A stretch of DNA of 63,586 nucleotides, filler included, from Lenisia limosa (taxonomy: Eukaryota > Protista > Breviatea): NCBI GenBank assembly GCA_001655205.1. It is 11 parts of 11 records of this genome, joined end to end, with 100 filler letters (N's around TTAATTAATTAA, not from the genome) between each part and the next. Parts side by side here need not be neighbours in the genome. Positions count along the whole stretch, not along the records: positions 1 to 12,779 come from LPNZ01009655.1; 10 more parts are not named here. The stretch is one strand, 5' to 3'. This document shows, piece after piece, positions 1 through 12,879 of the stretch. A program made the position numbers and the translations under genes. Each line of letters opens with the position of its first letter. The first letter of the stretch is position 1. The notes beneath the pieces were generated by a model. That model did no database searches, was not told the DNA's origin, and was given only the letters and a program-made list of their open reading frames with translations.

Positions 1-1584
1 AACAAAGCCTAGACCAGTCGCTTCTGCAGCATCGAATCACATCACTCCAGGTCAAGTTAGAGGAGATTGCGGGCGGGTGTATAGCAATAAAAAAGTGTCT
101 CAGCATTACAAAAAATGCCCAACCACCATTCCCATCCACTTGAATCAGTTGTGTCTCAATATAAAAAACACACCCCCCCCCCCCCNNNNNNNNNNNNNNN
201 NNNNNNNNNNNNNNNNNNNNNNNNNNNNNNNNNNNNNNNNNNAGCTCTATCAAGATTAGGGAAATAACGAAATGGATCTAATATCGAAGTGCAACCAGGG
301 CTTCACTTCGGTTCAAAGAAAGACTAAATTTCTCGATAAATCCATGAAAAGTAACGATGTTTCTTATTCGAACCGAAGTGAAGCCCTAATAGGAAGTCAC
401 CAGTGGTGATGAGGAACTTTTTATCAGAGGGTTTGGGGAGTAAAATTGGAAAATGTATGAAACAAAAAAAACCCAAATCAACTCTGTTGGCTGACAACAC
501 ATAACGGTCTATAACAATAAAACAAACAAAGCCCAGGTCAGTCGAGGGTATGGGGGGGGGGTGATTCGAATGTTAGNNNNNNNNNNNNNNNNNNNNNNNN
601 NNNNNNNNNNNNNNNNNNNNNNNNNNNNNNNNNNNNNNNNNAGCAATTCTTGGCAGAGAAACATATTTCTCTTCAGCACAGACAGTTAAAGCATTCAAAA
701 ACGATCAACTGGCAAAATGTAAAACAAAAACGTTTGAGATGAATTACTATCACAAGTTAGGCGTCACTTCGGTTCGAAAAAAGAATGAATTTCTCGACAA
801 ATCCTCGAAAACTATCGATAGTTCACCGGTATTTTTCCAACCGAGGTGAAGATCAAGTTGTAACTGAGCAACGAATGACTAGATATCGTAGAAAAGGAAC
901 AGAGATAAAAAACAGTGGGGAGGGGGGGCAATAAAAAAGGGAAAAAAAGAGCTTAGAGCTACACACATTTAAAAGTGATCAGACGAATTCCATAAGCCCC
1001 CATACGCAACGTATACTCCGCATTCTCCGGTCTGAATAACATAGAAGTGGTTGCCTTGCTCGCCCTGGCTACAAACTAGATCGCCACCACGGAAGAACTG
1101 CAAAAGTGAAAAGGAAAGCGTAATCAAGCCAGGGCTTCCCATCCAGTTTATTAGCCATTGGAAAACAGTATGGGAGGAGTTGGAGGGTGGAAGAAGACTG
1201 GATACAACAGGATTTAGATAACGCCTATGTGTACCCAAGCCCAGGCTTACGTCCTGCTTCATGCATTCGCAAAAAGCGATGCGTTGGTCATCATCAAGAT
1301 GTCTGAATAGCGAATTCTTGCTTATGGAGGAATGTAGGTACTCTAGAAGATGAGAATATGAAGCTATCCGCGACTTAGCCGCCTATTTACACCGATTCAC
1401 ACATACCTTGGTCGATATTCAGGCCAGCCATCTTTGAAGTAACAGTCTCCTCCGCAGGAGATGAGGGCTGAGTCACCTCCTCCTCATTTTCCGACGCAGG
1501 AACATATAAAGAGTCATCAGCGTTTGAAGTAGAGCAGCTTTGGGGCGAGGAAGCCTCCTCTGACACAGTTGGAGATTCTTCCAT
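1..1584 (-). CDS. cNMP-binding domain protein similar to PKA regulatory subunit domain A (multi-exon, 3' end outside the window or in gaps)
   Basis: Spliced exons (about 1584-1404, 1343-1251, 1100-990) read MEESPTV...NIDQ|EYLHSSISKNSLFRHLDDDQRIAFCECMKQD|FFRGGDLVCSQGEQGNHFYVIQTGECGVYV. This matches the PKA-R CNB-A pattern (KNxLFxHLD...QGDEGDNFYVI). Confidence 0.75.
298..386. mobile_element. MITE family A copy (TIR GGGCTTCACTTCGGTTCGAA)
   Basis: GGGCTTCACTTCGGTTC...GAACCGAAGTGAAGCCC followed by TA. Confidence 0.8.
428..545 (-). repeat. Intron-terminal repeat family B copy
   Basis: Sense reading ...CTGGGCTTTGTTTGTTTT...GTGTTGTCAGCCAACAGAGTTGATTTGGGTTTTTTTGTTTCATACATTTTCCAATTTTACTCCCCAA. It ends in CAA rather than CAG. 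Confidence 0.75.
760..853. mobile_element. MITE family A copy (degenerate)
   Basis: TAGGCGTCACTTCGGTTCGAAAA...CAACCGAGGTGAAGATC. Confidence 0.65.
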
Positions 1585-1866
1585 TATTGTGAAGCCATTT
1601 CGGTCTACTGCGTCTACTAACCACTTCTACCAATAACACTTAATATTTTAGTACGTAAATCACAAGCTCATTTTCATTTTCAAAAATCCCGAAGGCAAGT
1701 ATTACAAATGTAACTAATGTATAAATGTTTCTGTCACTTGTGTTCTTCGACAGACTCGTCTTATTAACTGTTTTATTAATACTGTTAAACTGATAACGTC
1801 GGTTTAATTGTTTTAATCATTGTAAATTGAAGCCAAGCAAAAACACAGTTATTGGAGTGATAAGGC

Positions 1867-4800
1867 ATGGCATTATCTAGGAGTGCCGCCTTAAGACAGG
1901 AGGCGGATTTTTATTATCGGCAAAACAGAAGAGTCCAGGACATATTCAGTCTCTCACGGGCACCAACTCCAATCAGTAGGTGTGGTTGATGACAATTCTG
2001 ATTCTCAAAAATGGCCAACTTGAATAGAAGAATATATATTTACTATGCTTTTCTTTGGAAATAACTTCTTTGTTTCAATTTGCCTCTTATCCCCTTTCAT
2101 TTATTCATAATATGAATGCCTCCTTTCCATTGGGCTAACCAATCGGTTTGTGTGCGATGTACTTGTAGTGCTAATGAAGAAGATCAAATTACACAATATA
2201 GTATTCTGTTATTTCCAAAATGATATTGAGTTAAATTTATCTGACATATTTCAATAATTTCATGTTTTACTTCTCTAAAATTCACTATTTAGCCCTTAGT
2301 GAATCAAAATACAAGGAACTTCTTCCAAAATTCAACAGTCATTCACAATCCTCGAGATATCCGTAAGTTGTGAATCTGTCACATCATATAGCCCAAAATA
2401 TATATGTTAGCGATAAACATACTCTTTGTAACAAGTACTTCAATCATAGCAGATAAATTATGATATCATGATCACTCAAGACCCAGCAACGAAAACCAAG
2501 GCAACTGCACAGGGTACTACAACGTCGAGCCCATCAAAAGGCCAAGATCAGCCATGAAACCCCGCCCCATAGCAGGTTATTACTGGGCTTTGATCGTCCC
2601 TGATTCTGGGATGCGATTCATTTTTTGTCACACACAAGAACTATTGAATATCATTAGCATCAAAAAATAAGAATATTCTTTCAAACTTACTTACTTTGTA
2701 GATGACATTCGCCAGCGAAATCAGGAAAATAAACCAACACTTGGTGTTTTAAAGGTTAGTAAATCAATCAAAATTTGACGAACCTGTGTGACTGTATTTA
2801 AATTACTCCACAACAATCTTGACATAAAATGCAAACTTCTATTTTAAATGACCAACACGCCTATGCATTACTGTCATGAAAAACCTCATAGGTTGGCCCT
2901 TCGTCCACAAGCAATGCCAATTGGATGCAGCCATTAGATAAAAGGGAAACTTATCAAGTAAGTACTATTACATTTGATTGTGTCCATGCACTGAAGTGTA
3001 TAAGTAACATAGTGATTTATATATATGATAAAGTTGATTGCCACAATTTTCTGTTTCATTTTGCACATTTTATAACATGATATTAACGCCTAGAATCCAC
3101 CAGAACACCTCTTTGAAGATTCTGATGATGAAAGTCTCCTTGTAGACAGTCAAGATTCAACAGTTGTTGTAGGTTTCGTTTCATCCTTTTAACATGTGTA
3201 GCAAACGAACAAAAAATATGAAATCATTACTTCTGTGGATCATTTACAATGCGAACTGAAGCACTGTGGAAGTTTTATCAGGTTTGTTGAGATATTTTTT
3301 AACAATTCAGCATTGGGCTTGTTTTTGACAATTTGACCACAGTCACCCGAATGAAGAACAAGTCTATCCCATCCTCTATAGCAGCTTTTATCATCACCAT
3401 CCCATCTAATGTTCGGGGATTTTATAGTATTATTGCGAAATCATTATTTTATTAAATGCCATTGACGCTTCAGGAAACCAAATCATTGGTGTGTATGTTC
3501 AATAAACACCGATCTTCAATGATAGAACTAAACGAAGCGCTCAACGTTATATTTAGTTCTGGAATTGCAATTGTAGGTTTTTAAATAGATGTCCTGACAA
3601 TTAGGCTTCTTTCGACATGCAAACTGTTCTGTCAGCTTTGATATCTTTTGAGAAGTTTGACATTAGCCGTCTTGGTTGGTGAAGGTCTCATTATTATGAA
3701 ATTTATTGAATTCTCAGGATCATTTAATAACCTAACATATCATATGTAACATTTACCAAAGATGTAAGGTTATACAAAGAGCATAAAACGCTGACAACCT
3801 AGAGAATCAGTTTGCTGACAGTGTGATCGCTCAATGGCTTTTAACCCCTGATATGAAAGCTTTCAATTTCCCAGAGATTTGCAGTTCTCATGAAATTAAT
3901 GTCACATTGACTGAACCATGCTCATCCCTCGACGATGCTATTGACAGCTGCGTAAATGATGTTTGATTTTACTGACTTAAATCACACCCAGATTGAAGTT
4001 TTGTGTAACTTAATCTCAATTCAACATGACTTACTCAAGCAAAAAAACCTCTGGAATTCTTACATGGAGGTTGAAATGAAAAGTATGAGTATTGTTCAAT
4101 AGCACACTTAAAGTATCTTTCCCTTCTCTCATCTTTTTTTAGTGGTGCCCATTATTGCCCAAATGTCATGTCATGGGATTTCATTTAGTCCTAAAAGCCT
4201 GCTAGTTGCCATTAACAATGTGAGTTTGATAGTAAGATATTGTTGAATTGCTGACAGTGATGTAGATTGAAATAGCCAAAACAGAGCTCCAAAAGAAATG
4301 TTACAAATTAGCAGGTAACATTGCTATTTACAGGATGTTCATTGGTCTATTGTGTTTAAATTTCCGTTTCTACTTCGCTTACGCTGCAGGAAGGCCATTC
4401 AAAATTATGTCCCCAATGCAAGTTGCCACAGTTTTATTTGATGAAATTGGTCTTCCACATCCCAATGATGGAAAACAAAGGGCAGAAAAGTTCACGTCAA
4501 ATCATCGAAAAATCAATCAAAATGACCATAAAAGGTGGACAGGTATATAACATAATTAAAGATTTCGCTAATTTCATATATGAAAAAGCAATAATATGAA
4601 CAAACTTTTTCATAACTGAAATATTTCTTTTCGCTAGTTTTATATATGAAAAAGCAATAATATGAACAAACTATATCAGAACTCAAATATTTACTATACA
4701 GCACTAATGAAGATATTTTGATGCAATTGTCAACCAAACATGATTTGGTAGGTTCATAACTGTACACAATCTATTGTTCTTTTGGCATTGTTGTAAGTTC

Positions 4801-7763
4801 AAGGAAATACTATTACACACCCATTATAATGTTTAGCCTGGGCTGATTCTCTCCTATCGAAAACTGGTCAAACTGGGATCAACTGGAATCAGTGGATTGA
4901 CTGACGTGGGTTTGTCGGAAATAGCAAATAGTGAACTATTCTTGTGGGTTCTTTTGTCACATTTATAATATTGTCTGAAATCTGGCTTTTATTTGATTTC
5001 ACCTAAATCTATGTCTGTTTCTGCTCTTTTACTGTGCAATAGTACGCAATGCCTATCACGACGACTAACTACCTACCTGGTACCAAACGGACAGCCATCG
5101 TCTCAAATGTTTCACAACTTGACTCACAAGGCCAAGGTAGGCATGTGAAATTCAAGACCAGGACATATTACCACAATTTCATGATGTATTTAAAGACTGT
5201 TTGTAAAACAAACAGTTTCCAAATAGAGATACACGAGTAGTTAGAGTGAGTTGGATGACTGCTGGGATGATTTGATCTGTTAAATTATTATCATAAGAGG
5301 ATCCCAAGCTTTTACATTACAAATTATCTCTATTTATATAAGGAATAGTTTTAAAGCCCTTGACTGCGCCAATTCCAAATTATGTCATACTCATTCAGAT
5401 TTACGCGTTCTGCGGCCTATTTGGAGCCAGGTGAATTGTGCAACTGGAAGATTTGCATGTAACTCCCCCAACCTCCAAAATGTTCCCAAGTATGTTATAC
5501 CCATAGTCCATTTCAGGAGTGGACTGGAATTGTGAGAATTTTGACTGTATCAAAATTTTGGGGAAACCAAGTTGCATACACTCTCCCCGATTTATAGTTG
5601 TATACAGTTTATGTGACATATTTAATAGTGCAAAGAGAAAAATTAGGTGTTGTCATTGACCCTTTTCTCTATTTAACATTTAGATCTGAACAAAAAGTGG
5701 AGGAAACAGTCGAGGTTGAGAACAATGGCAATGAGGGTAAGCACCAAATATTGTTACTTTTTATGTTTTTAATCAATGTGGTTTTTACATACTGTAGACT
5801 TATTTGAAGACCTCTTGGGAGGGGAGAAGGAAGAAAAATCACAACCATGTATGATTCTTGGCGTGGTCACTCAATTAATTCAGTACAAATGTTCTTGTTA
5901 ATTGTGGTGTAAAATCTTCACAAAATTCATTATTTATCCAAATTATATCCTCCATTGTTAATGTTATTTCAGGTTAGCAAAGAAAAATCACAATTCATTT
6001 AATAATCCTAAGTTTGCAGAATATTTTTTACACCACTAGGCCATACGCAGTCATTTGCTGTGAGTGTGCGAAGTGCCTTTATTGCACATCACAACGAAGT
6101 CTTTATTTCTGCTGATTACGAAACCTTAGAAGTAGGTAGCATAAGAATATCTACTATTTTAACTGAAAATAATAACAAATGTAACATGTACATTTAAATA
6201 TTATATCATATTATTCTTAATTCCCCAACAGTTCCGTATTTTGGCGCAACTAGGCCAAGACCCCGATTTGACCAAATTGATTTTGAAAGGAGGCGACATC
6301 CACAGGTATGTCACTCCTGGTGTTCCATGGAATATTTTTTTGAATTGAATTTCTACTTGACTAAATGTAATAATAGATAACTTTTTGAATGAGAACACAA
6401 AAAGTATCAGAAGTCTAACATTTGAAATAACTATTCAACAATTAATCTTTAGACGTATTGTTGCCGCATGGCGCCGAATCGACGAAAACTCTGTAACTTC
6501 CACACAAAGAGAACAAGGTTTGGTGATGTTAGAAATCGCTTGTTATTGGAAAAAGAATAAATAGTTATGTCTTTCATATCATATTTAGCAAATCAATTGA
6601 ATTACTATCAATATACATGTTTCACAATGATGCTTTCCAGGCAAAAGACTGCTCTACTCTATCATGTACGGAACCGGGTCAGCCAATTTGGGGAGACAGT
6701 TAGGTATCTCACAAAACAAGGCCCAGGCATTTATGACCGCTTTTCTTCATCGATTCCAGGGTGGGGAGTATAATCTGAAACGGGAGAGTCTTATTTCAGA
6801 GTTTTTATGATTTATTGTGTTTTTATACAACAAGGCCATACTATTCCGATATATAGCAACACTAATAATTCAAGGAATTTCAAACTTCATCAAAATGACG
6901 GTTGATAGAGTCAAAAAGGTAGAATATTTGAGTTATTTGTTATCGGGGATTCTTTCAATACGACTGATTTGATGTCTTAAGTCTTCCCTGACATTCACTC
7001 TTAGAACGGTTGTGTCCACTCAGCTCTTCTCAACCGACCTCGACACCTCAATTGGGTAGCAGCATCGCCCGCGGGAAAGGCATATTATGAGCGTCAGGCT
7101 ACTAATACCGTAATTCAAGGCACCGCTGCTGACGTGTCAAAGTTGGAGGTGTCTTAAATCCCAAATAAAGATGATTTCTGACAATTTGACCAAATTGAAT
7201 TGGCAGCTTGAATGTACATACCAATTACTTCATAGACTTGCTATGTTGAACATTGAAAACGCCCGAAGATGTGACCCCATTCTCTCCAAAGGACAGCTGA
7301 TCGTTAATTTACATGACGGTGGGGAATACAGGTTTCATTACAATGAAATAGTAATAATACAACTGTCTTATGATATTCTTATGATACTACATTACATTCT
7401 CATTACCTAGAGCTGATGTGGGTTTGTCCAAAGGTTCACGCTGTCCAATTCGCAAAGAAGGCAAAGTTTATCATGGTTGGTATCATTCTTTTAAGCCCAT
7501 TACGATGACATTTGAATGGTTTAACAATTCAGGAAAACGTGTGTCATGAATTCAGTTGGACAATTCCCCTTCCTGTGAAGGTGCGACAATATCCATTAAA
7601 CCATGCTATGATGATTTTAAATGACAATGTAACTTGTGATTAGTTTGAAAACTTGTTCATACACATTTCATGAACACAGCTTAATCACTCATGCCTGCAG
7701 GTGTACGCTGGGAAGAAGTGGAGTGCAATGGAGGAAATCACTGCCTCACTTTCAGTTAATTAA
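1867..7763 (+). CDS. Family A DNA polymerase without helicase domain (Pol nu / Pol theta polymerase-domain-like), multi-exon
   Basis: Exons give STNEDILMQLSTKHDL, PGLILSYRKL, CATGRFACNSPNLQNVP, motif A SAFIAHHNEVFISADYETLE|FRILAQL, motif B REQ|GKRLLYSIMYG, ERQATNTVIQGTAADV, motif C LIVNLHD|ELMWV and C-terminal LPVK|VYAGKKW...SVN* (TAA 7761-7763). The ATG at 1867 is inferred. Confidence 0.9.
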
Positions 7764-7891
7764 GTCGTCTAGTTTGAGGATAAATACAAGCTATTGATTT
7801 TGAAAACAAATGGTGATGGGTCTTTCAGATCGAGAAATTTAATGACAAAAAGGATGCATCCTAAATGTAGTGAAATAGTCATAAATAAAAA

Positions 7892-10800
7892 TTAGGGATC
7901 GGAAGCAAGGATTGCATTAAGGGCTTCCATGGTGTTATTGTTGTATTCATAGAGCTGTGCAGCAATCTGAAAGGTCAATTTGGAGCACTAGTGATAAACG
8001 GAATTCGAAAAATCAATATTTAGCTGCAAATGTGTGGATAACATGAGATTTGTAACCACAAATATGACAACTTCAGTTGTCAACGTCACATCTGAAATCA
8101 TGGTGTCACTTTACCACAGTATTACATAAAAGGAAGTTAAAATAGTTATGTAAATAATAAGAAGAATATAACTATTTACCCATCATACAGTGTCATCGTC
8201 AACATTTAGTCCCATGGTCTTGATGGTGTTGAAGTTTTCCCTCATTTCCTGGGGCAAGTTGTCCAAGAATGAGGTGCCGTTTTGGGTGGCTACCTAAGAA
8301 CGTTGATTGGTTATCTTAAGATTTTCAAAACCAGTTTAACACCCCATCATACAGTAGGTTGTTGCATTTGGGCGAGAAGCCTCCGTTGGTTCTCTAACTG
8401 AACTCTCCTTTGTTCTGCCTCTTCAGCTCTTAGTTTGTGTTCTTCTTGTTGCCTATTGAAATCGTCTTCTTGCTGCTTGTTTGATACAGTGGGGAGAGGC
8501 GACTGGTGCGTATCAAAGAGAGACTCAATAGGGGCATCATAGCCCGGGCTATGTGGTTAAACAATAGGAAGAAAGAGTGGAAAGGACAGTGATGATAAAT
8601 AAAATGAAAACAAGGGAGAAACAGTTTGATTGGCAATTAAATGTGACCAGATCTGATTTGTGCAATAAAGAGCAAAATAAACAAAGTGTACAAATCACCC
8701 ACAGAACGCCGCCCTTGAGTGTCACATTTTCATCTGAGGCAAGCGATGGGAGATTGACAGCTGGCAAAGTGTTGTCTTCCTCTGCCTCCATCTCGCCATC
8801 CGAAGGTTCATAGTTGTCATAGTCGCTCTCAGAGTTGGGAACGATGGAAGAGGCTTCGCTTTGAGGAGAAATCGAACGTGGATTTTGTTCTAGGCTTGCT
8901 GGAGGGTAAATAAGAGTCTTTGAAATTGACCTTTGATGCAGATCTCCAACTTTGTAAAATGTGTACAGTATTATACCCCCCCCCCCCACAATTATGAAAT
9001 AAGATTATACGAGGTAGTATCTCACCAGAGGGGTTGCCGGGATTGGGATCAGTGAGATGCTTGTTAACGGAAGAGCTCATTTCACTCATCTATAATGCCA
9101 ATTAGATCACTTTTGCTCCTAAAAAAGAAACAATAAACAACTACCAAACATATATATTATGACCATTCATATATTTACCATTTACCGAGAAAACTAAAAA
9201 GCATACTCAAAATTATTTGAGGTGAGCATAAATTTGAAGCACCAAAAGCTGGCTGAACAATGGATTCAGTTAGATTCCAAAATACTAAATTATGGACAAG
9301 TCTGATAAAAAATATAACAGCTCAAAAACAAAACAAAAAACCATTCACCATTGAATAAGTACTTTCTGACAATGGATGGCTATGGCGGATGTCATTTTCT
9401 GGGGTGTGAGGAACGTTGCATTTGGGGATAGTGGATCAAAATAACTCTGCCAAATGTTTACAAGGTGAAAAATACGGTGTTGATTGAAAACTTAATAGCC
9501 ACACTGTTGTTTGACAAAGACGAGCTACCACCAACCATCTGAACCGGGTGATACCGCCATTTCCACATCGCTGTCAACCATAGTAGGAGGGATGGAGGCT
9601 TGAGGTTTACTTCGAAGAACTAAAACTTCTCCAGAGGTGAGACCGGCTGTGGAATTTTGGGCCTCTTGTTCTTCAGAGTTTTGCGCTGATATTTGTTGTT
9701 GAGCTGGGGATTGTTGTTGAACAGGCGTTTGTTGTTGAGCTGGAGATTGTTGTTGAGCTGAAGATTGTTGTTGAGCTGGGGATTGTTGCTGAACAGGCGT
9801 TTGTTGTTGAGCTGGAGATTGTTGTTGAGCTGGGGATTGTTGTTGAACAGGAGTTTGTTGTTGATTAACTTGGTGATGCACTTGGTGTTGTTCATGCATA
9901 ATGGGGGGCTGGGATTTATGTACCTTTACAGGGGAATTTTGTTGTTTAGCAGGGGATTGCTGCTTAGATTGAGGCTGACCAACTTGCTGCTGCTGAACAC
10001 CTTGCTGTATAGGTTGTTGTTGCTGATACTGGGCAAACTGCTGAGGAGGGGTCTGTTGACGCTCTTGAACGATGGAAATCTGTTGTGTTTGGCTCGGAGA
10101 CATATCTGGCCTGGGGTCCGCATACAGTTCATCGGCTTCATCATCTTCTGCAATATGTGATATGTACTATCAAATTAGAACATGATTATATTATGTTGAC
10201 TAGATACTTCCCACCAAATACATCCCCTATCTTAAAAATTCTTGAGAAAATCTCAGCAATTATTAATCGAGATGTTCAAGGTCTTTGTTTTTCAGATGAC
10301 CTACCTGTGAGAATTGGGGTGTTTGGAGCCTCATCAATCATCTCTTCGTTAACAGTGTCCGAAATGCCAGCAACATGGAAAGTGGCAACGGGGGTGGGTT
10401 GCTGGGGTTGCTGAAGGGTGAAGCATGGGGATTTGCACGTTTTTTGAGAATAGAAGATGAATAAACTAACATTTTAATGCCATCAACAAAAAAATAATTG
10501 AAACATAACTTTTCTCAAAAAAAAGGAAACTGAAAAATAATGCAGTTTCATATGATATATTAAGGTCAGTCATACTATGTTCATAACTTCGGGTGAAGCG
10601 TTGGCTCTCTTGGTGGTTCCGGAGACCACGGGTTGGGGAGCCTGGGGGTGTGGGGTGAAATGGGGTGTCTGAGGAAAGAGTGAGAGGGTTTGGAGTGAGA
10701 GTTGAGTGTGGCTGAAGAAGGGTTCCGAGGGATGGTATTGGAGAGTTAGTGCCAGAAGATGGAACGAAAGAAATGGGTAGTTATGGGTGAGGGCTTAGTC

Positions 10801-12779
10801 CGAATTACATAAACAATTCAGCCCTTCTTCCAGATATCGATATGTCTTACTTATTTTAGAATTGTCCTTACACAGACAGTCAGCTCACCGAACGTTTGCC
10901 TCTTTCGTTGCTCAGAGTCGGCTGATTGGATGTGGGCAACAAGTAATCCTCCATGACGGCGATAGGCGAACCAGGACGACATTGGACCTGGGGAAAAATG
11001 GGAAAATTTATGAAACAAAAAAAGCCCAATCAACTCTGTTGGCTGACAACACACAAAGGTNNNNNNNNNNNNNNNNNNNNNNNNNNNNNNNNNNNNNNNN
11101 NNNNNNNNNNNNNNNNNNNNNNNNNNACATAGTTATGTTATATATGTATGTGCAACTGGATCCGATATGCCCGGGAAGAGGAGTAAAATCATGAAAATTG
11201 TTTTAACAAATAATTCGCATTAAATTTAACGATTTTACATTAAACCCTAGCCAACATCAAGGGGAAGCGGGTCGCCAAAGAAGCAACTCAGTCTCTAAAT
11301 AAAAAATTAGCTTGAAAATAACGAAATATCAAAATATACTACAAAATATAAAGTATTACTGAAGTACTGGGAAAAGTGTTTGTATTATAAGTATTATTAC
11401 ATCCGTTAAGAGATAGGCAACCTTGTCAAAGAGTCTAAAAACAGCCATGGTGTGACCGGGCTGGGAGAGGGTCGTGAACCTGATCGAAATTTGCTAAGTT
11501 GTCAGCATTAAAACGTGAAACAATCAAGAAAAGTTTTGTAAATGACAGTAGAGATCACTGAAAAATCAAATAAAAGTAGAAAAACTTGACAGAGATCAAT
11601 GACAAGAAAATGTTGCACTCATTATCAGGAAAACAGTATAATCTGGTTAGGTCTGATTTCCCTATTATAAAGGAAGTCCATATCGACGGGAAATGTATTA
11701 TTATCTTATCAAGGGATCCTCCCATGCATACAAGCTGCTGGCCTGGTTTTGCGGCTTTGACTGCGCAGGAGAAGGCCACAATACTGGTTCCTGGAAAATA
11801 AAAAGAAGAAGATATGGAAATGAGAAAAATAAAAAGGTGGACCTGCGAAAAGGCTATTCATTCCCGCACACCACCAATTCCCATATTTAACCCCTCTCCC
11901 TTCTCCTCCTATTACAACCCTGCTCCAACAATACCATCGAAAAACTCCAAATTTACCCTCTCTCCTTCTCTCACCCCCCCCCCTCCAACCANNNNNNNNN
12001 NNNNNNNNNNNNNNNNNNNNNNNNNNNNNNNNNNNNNNNNNNNNNNNNNNNNNNNNNNNNNNNNNNNNNNTTGTATGTTTCCATTGTTCTTGACCATCCA
12101 TGTTTTCTCACAACTGGTGTTGAGCGGGACAACTGCATTGTCGCTCATGTTGACCTGATAAATATAATGCAGGGGAAGAGTGGGAGACGAGGTATTACAA
12201 AGTTTCCTTGTTAAAGGGTTCTTATTGTTATCTCAGATTAAAGCTGGACGACAAAACAGTAAGCAAAGCGGGAGTTAATCCCAGCAAACGACAAGAAGTG
12301 TTTACAAATAGTTCATAGGCATCATGTTCTCCAAATATAAGAGGCCTCTACGCAAGATCTCGCCAAATACATGTCCAAGAAGTTTGCAACTCAGCTGATT
12401 TGGGCGTTGGCGGAACATTGAGCCAAGAGCTTTCAGTTTGAAGAATTCTGGCAGGTAACTAGTGTTTTTGCTCCAAAAATAAACATCACAGTTTCTCAAA
12501 AACAGCATATTATAAATTGCAAGAAATATTCTTGCTCTCGAAAAAGATGCAACCGATACTTGCCAACGTACGCTGGGTTGGAGGCGGAGTCTGTCTGTAG
12601 GACAGCTGGGTGTTCATTCCAACGTCAATGGCAGGGCCTGTCAGGTTACTATAAAACAAGCAAAATACAGCTGAAATAGGTTAGGGTACAACCTTCCCCA
12701 GTTTAGCTGATCAGAAACAAAAACAATTATATGTGTAAATAGAAACAAAGAAACGTTATAGGTTGGTGTTGGAAACCGT
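7892..12779 (-). CDS. NBR1-like protein (FW domain, long S/P/Q-rich linker, C-terminal UBA); 5' end cut by contig edge
   Basis: FW-like exons: VNMSDNAVVPLNTSCEKTWMVKNNGNIQ (about 12071-12155), AVKAAKPGQQ and FTTLSQPGHTMAVFRL. UBA-like end: FNTIKTMGLNVDDDT|IAAQLYEYNNNTMEALNAILASDP* (TAA 7894-7892). Confidence 0.6.
9684..9863 (-). repeat. Coding minisatellite, 10 x 18 nt (QQQSPA/QQQTPV), in the NBR1-like gene
   Basis: ORF 9525-10103(-), residues 81-140: QQQTPV QQQSPA QQQSPA QQQTPV QQQSPA QQQSSA QQQSPA QQQTPV QQQSPA QQQISA. Confidence 0.95.
10988..11060 (-). repeat. Family B copy ending at acceptor AG (10989-10988)
   Basis: GTGTTGTCAGCCAACAGAGTTGATTGGGCTTTTTTTGTTTCATAAATTTTCCCATTTTTCCCCAG followed by an exon. 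Confidence 0.8.
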
Positions 12780-12879
12780 NNNNNNNNNNNNNNNNNNNNN
12801 NNNNNNNNNNNNNNNNNNNNNNNTTAATTAATTAANNNNNNNNNNNNNNNNNNNNNNNNNNNNNNNNNNNNNNNNNNNN
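12780..12879. other. Artificial contig-joining spacer
   Basis: 44 N + TTAATTAATTAA (stops in all six frames) + 44 N. Confidence 0.97.

Noticed and set aside
1867-7763. Calling the polymerase POLQ or POLN outright
   Set aside because: No helicase domain for POLQ, and orthology to POLN cannot be shown without a phylogeny.
9620-10160. N-rich (9620-9895) and L-rich (9765-10160) ORFs as overlapping genes
   Set aside because: They are alternative frames of the CAA-rich Q repeat.
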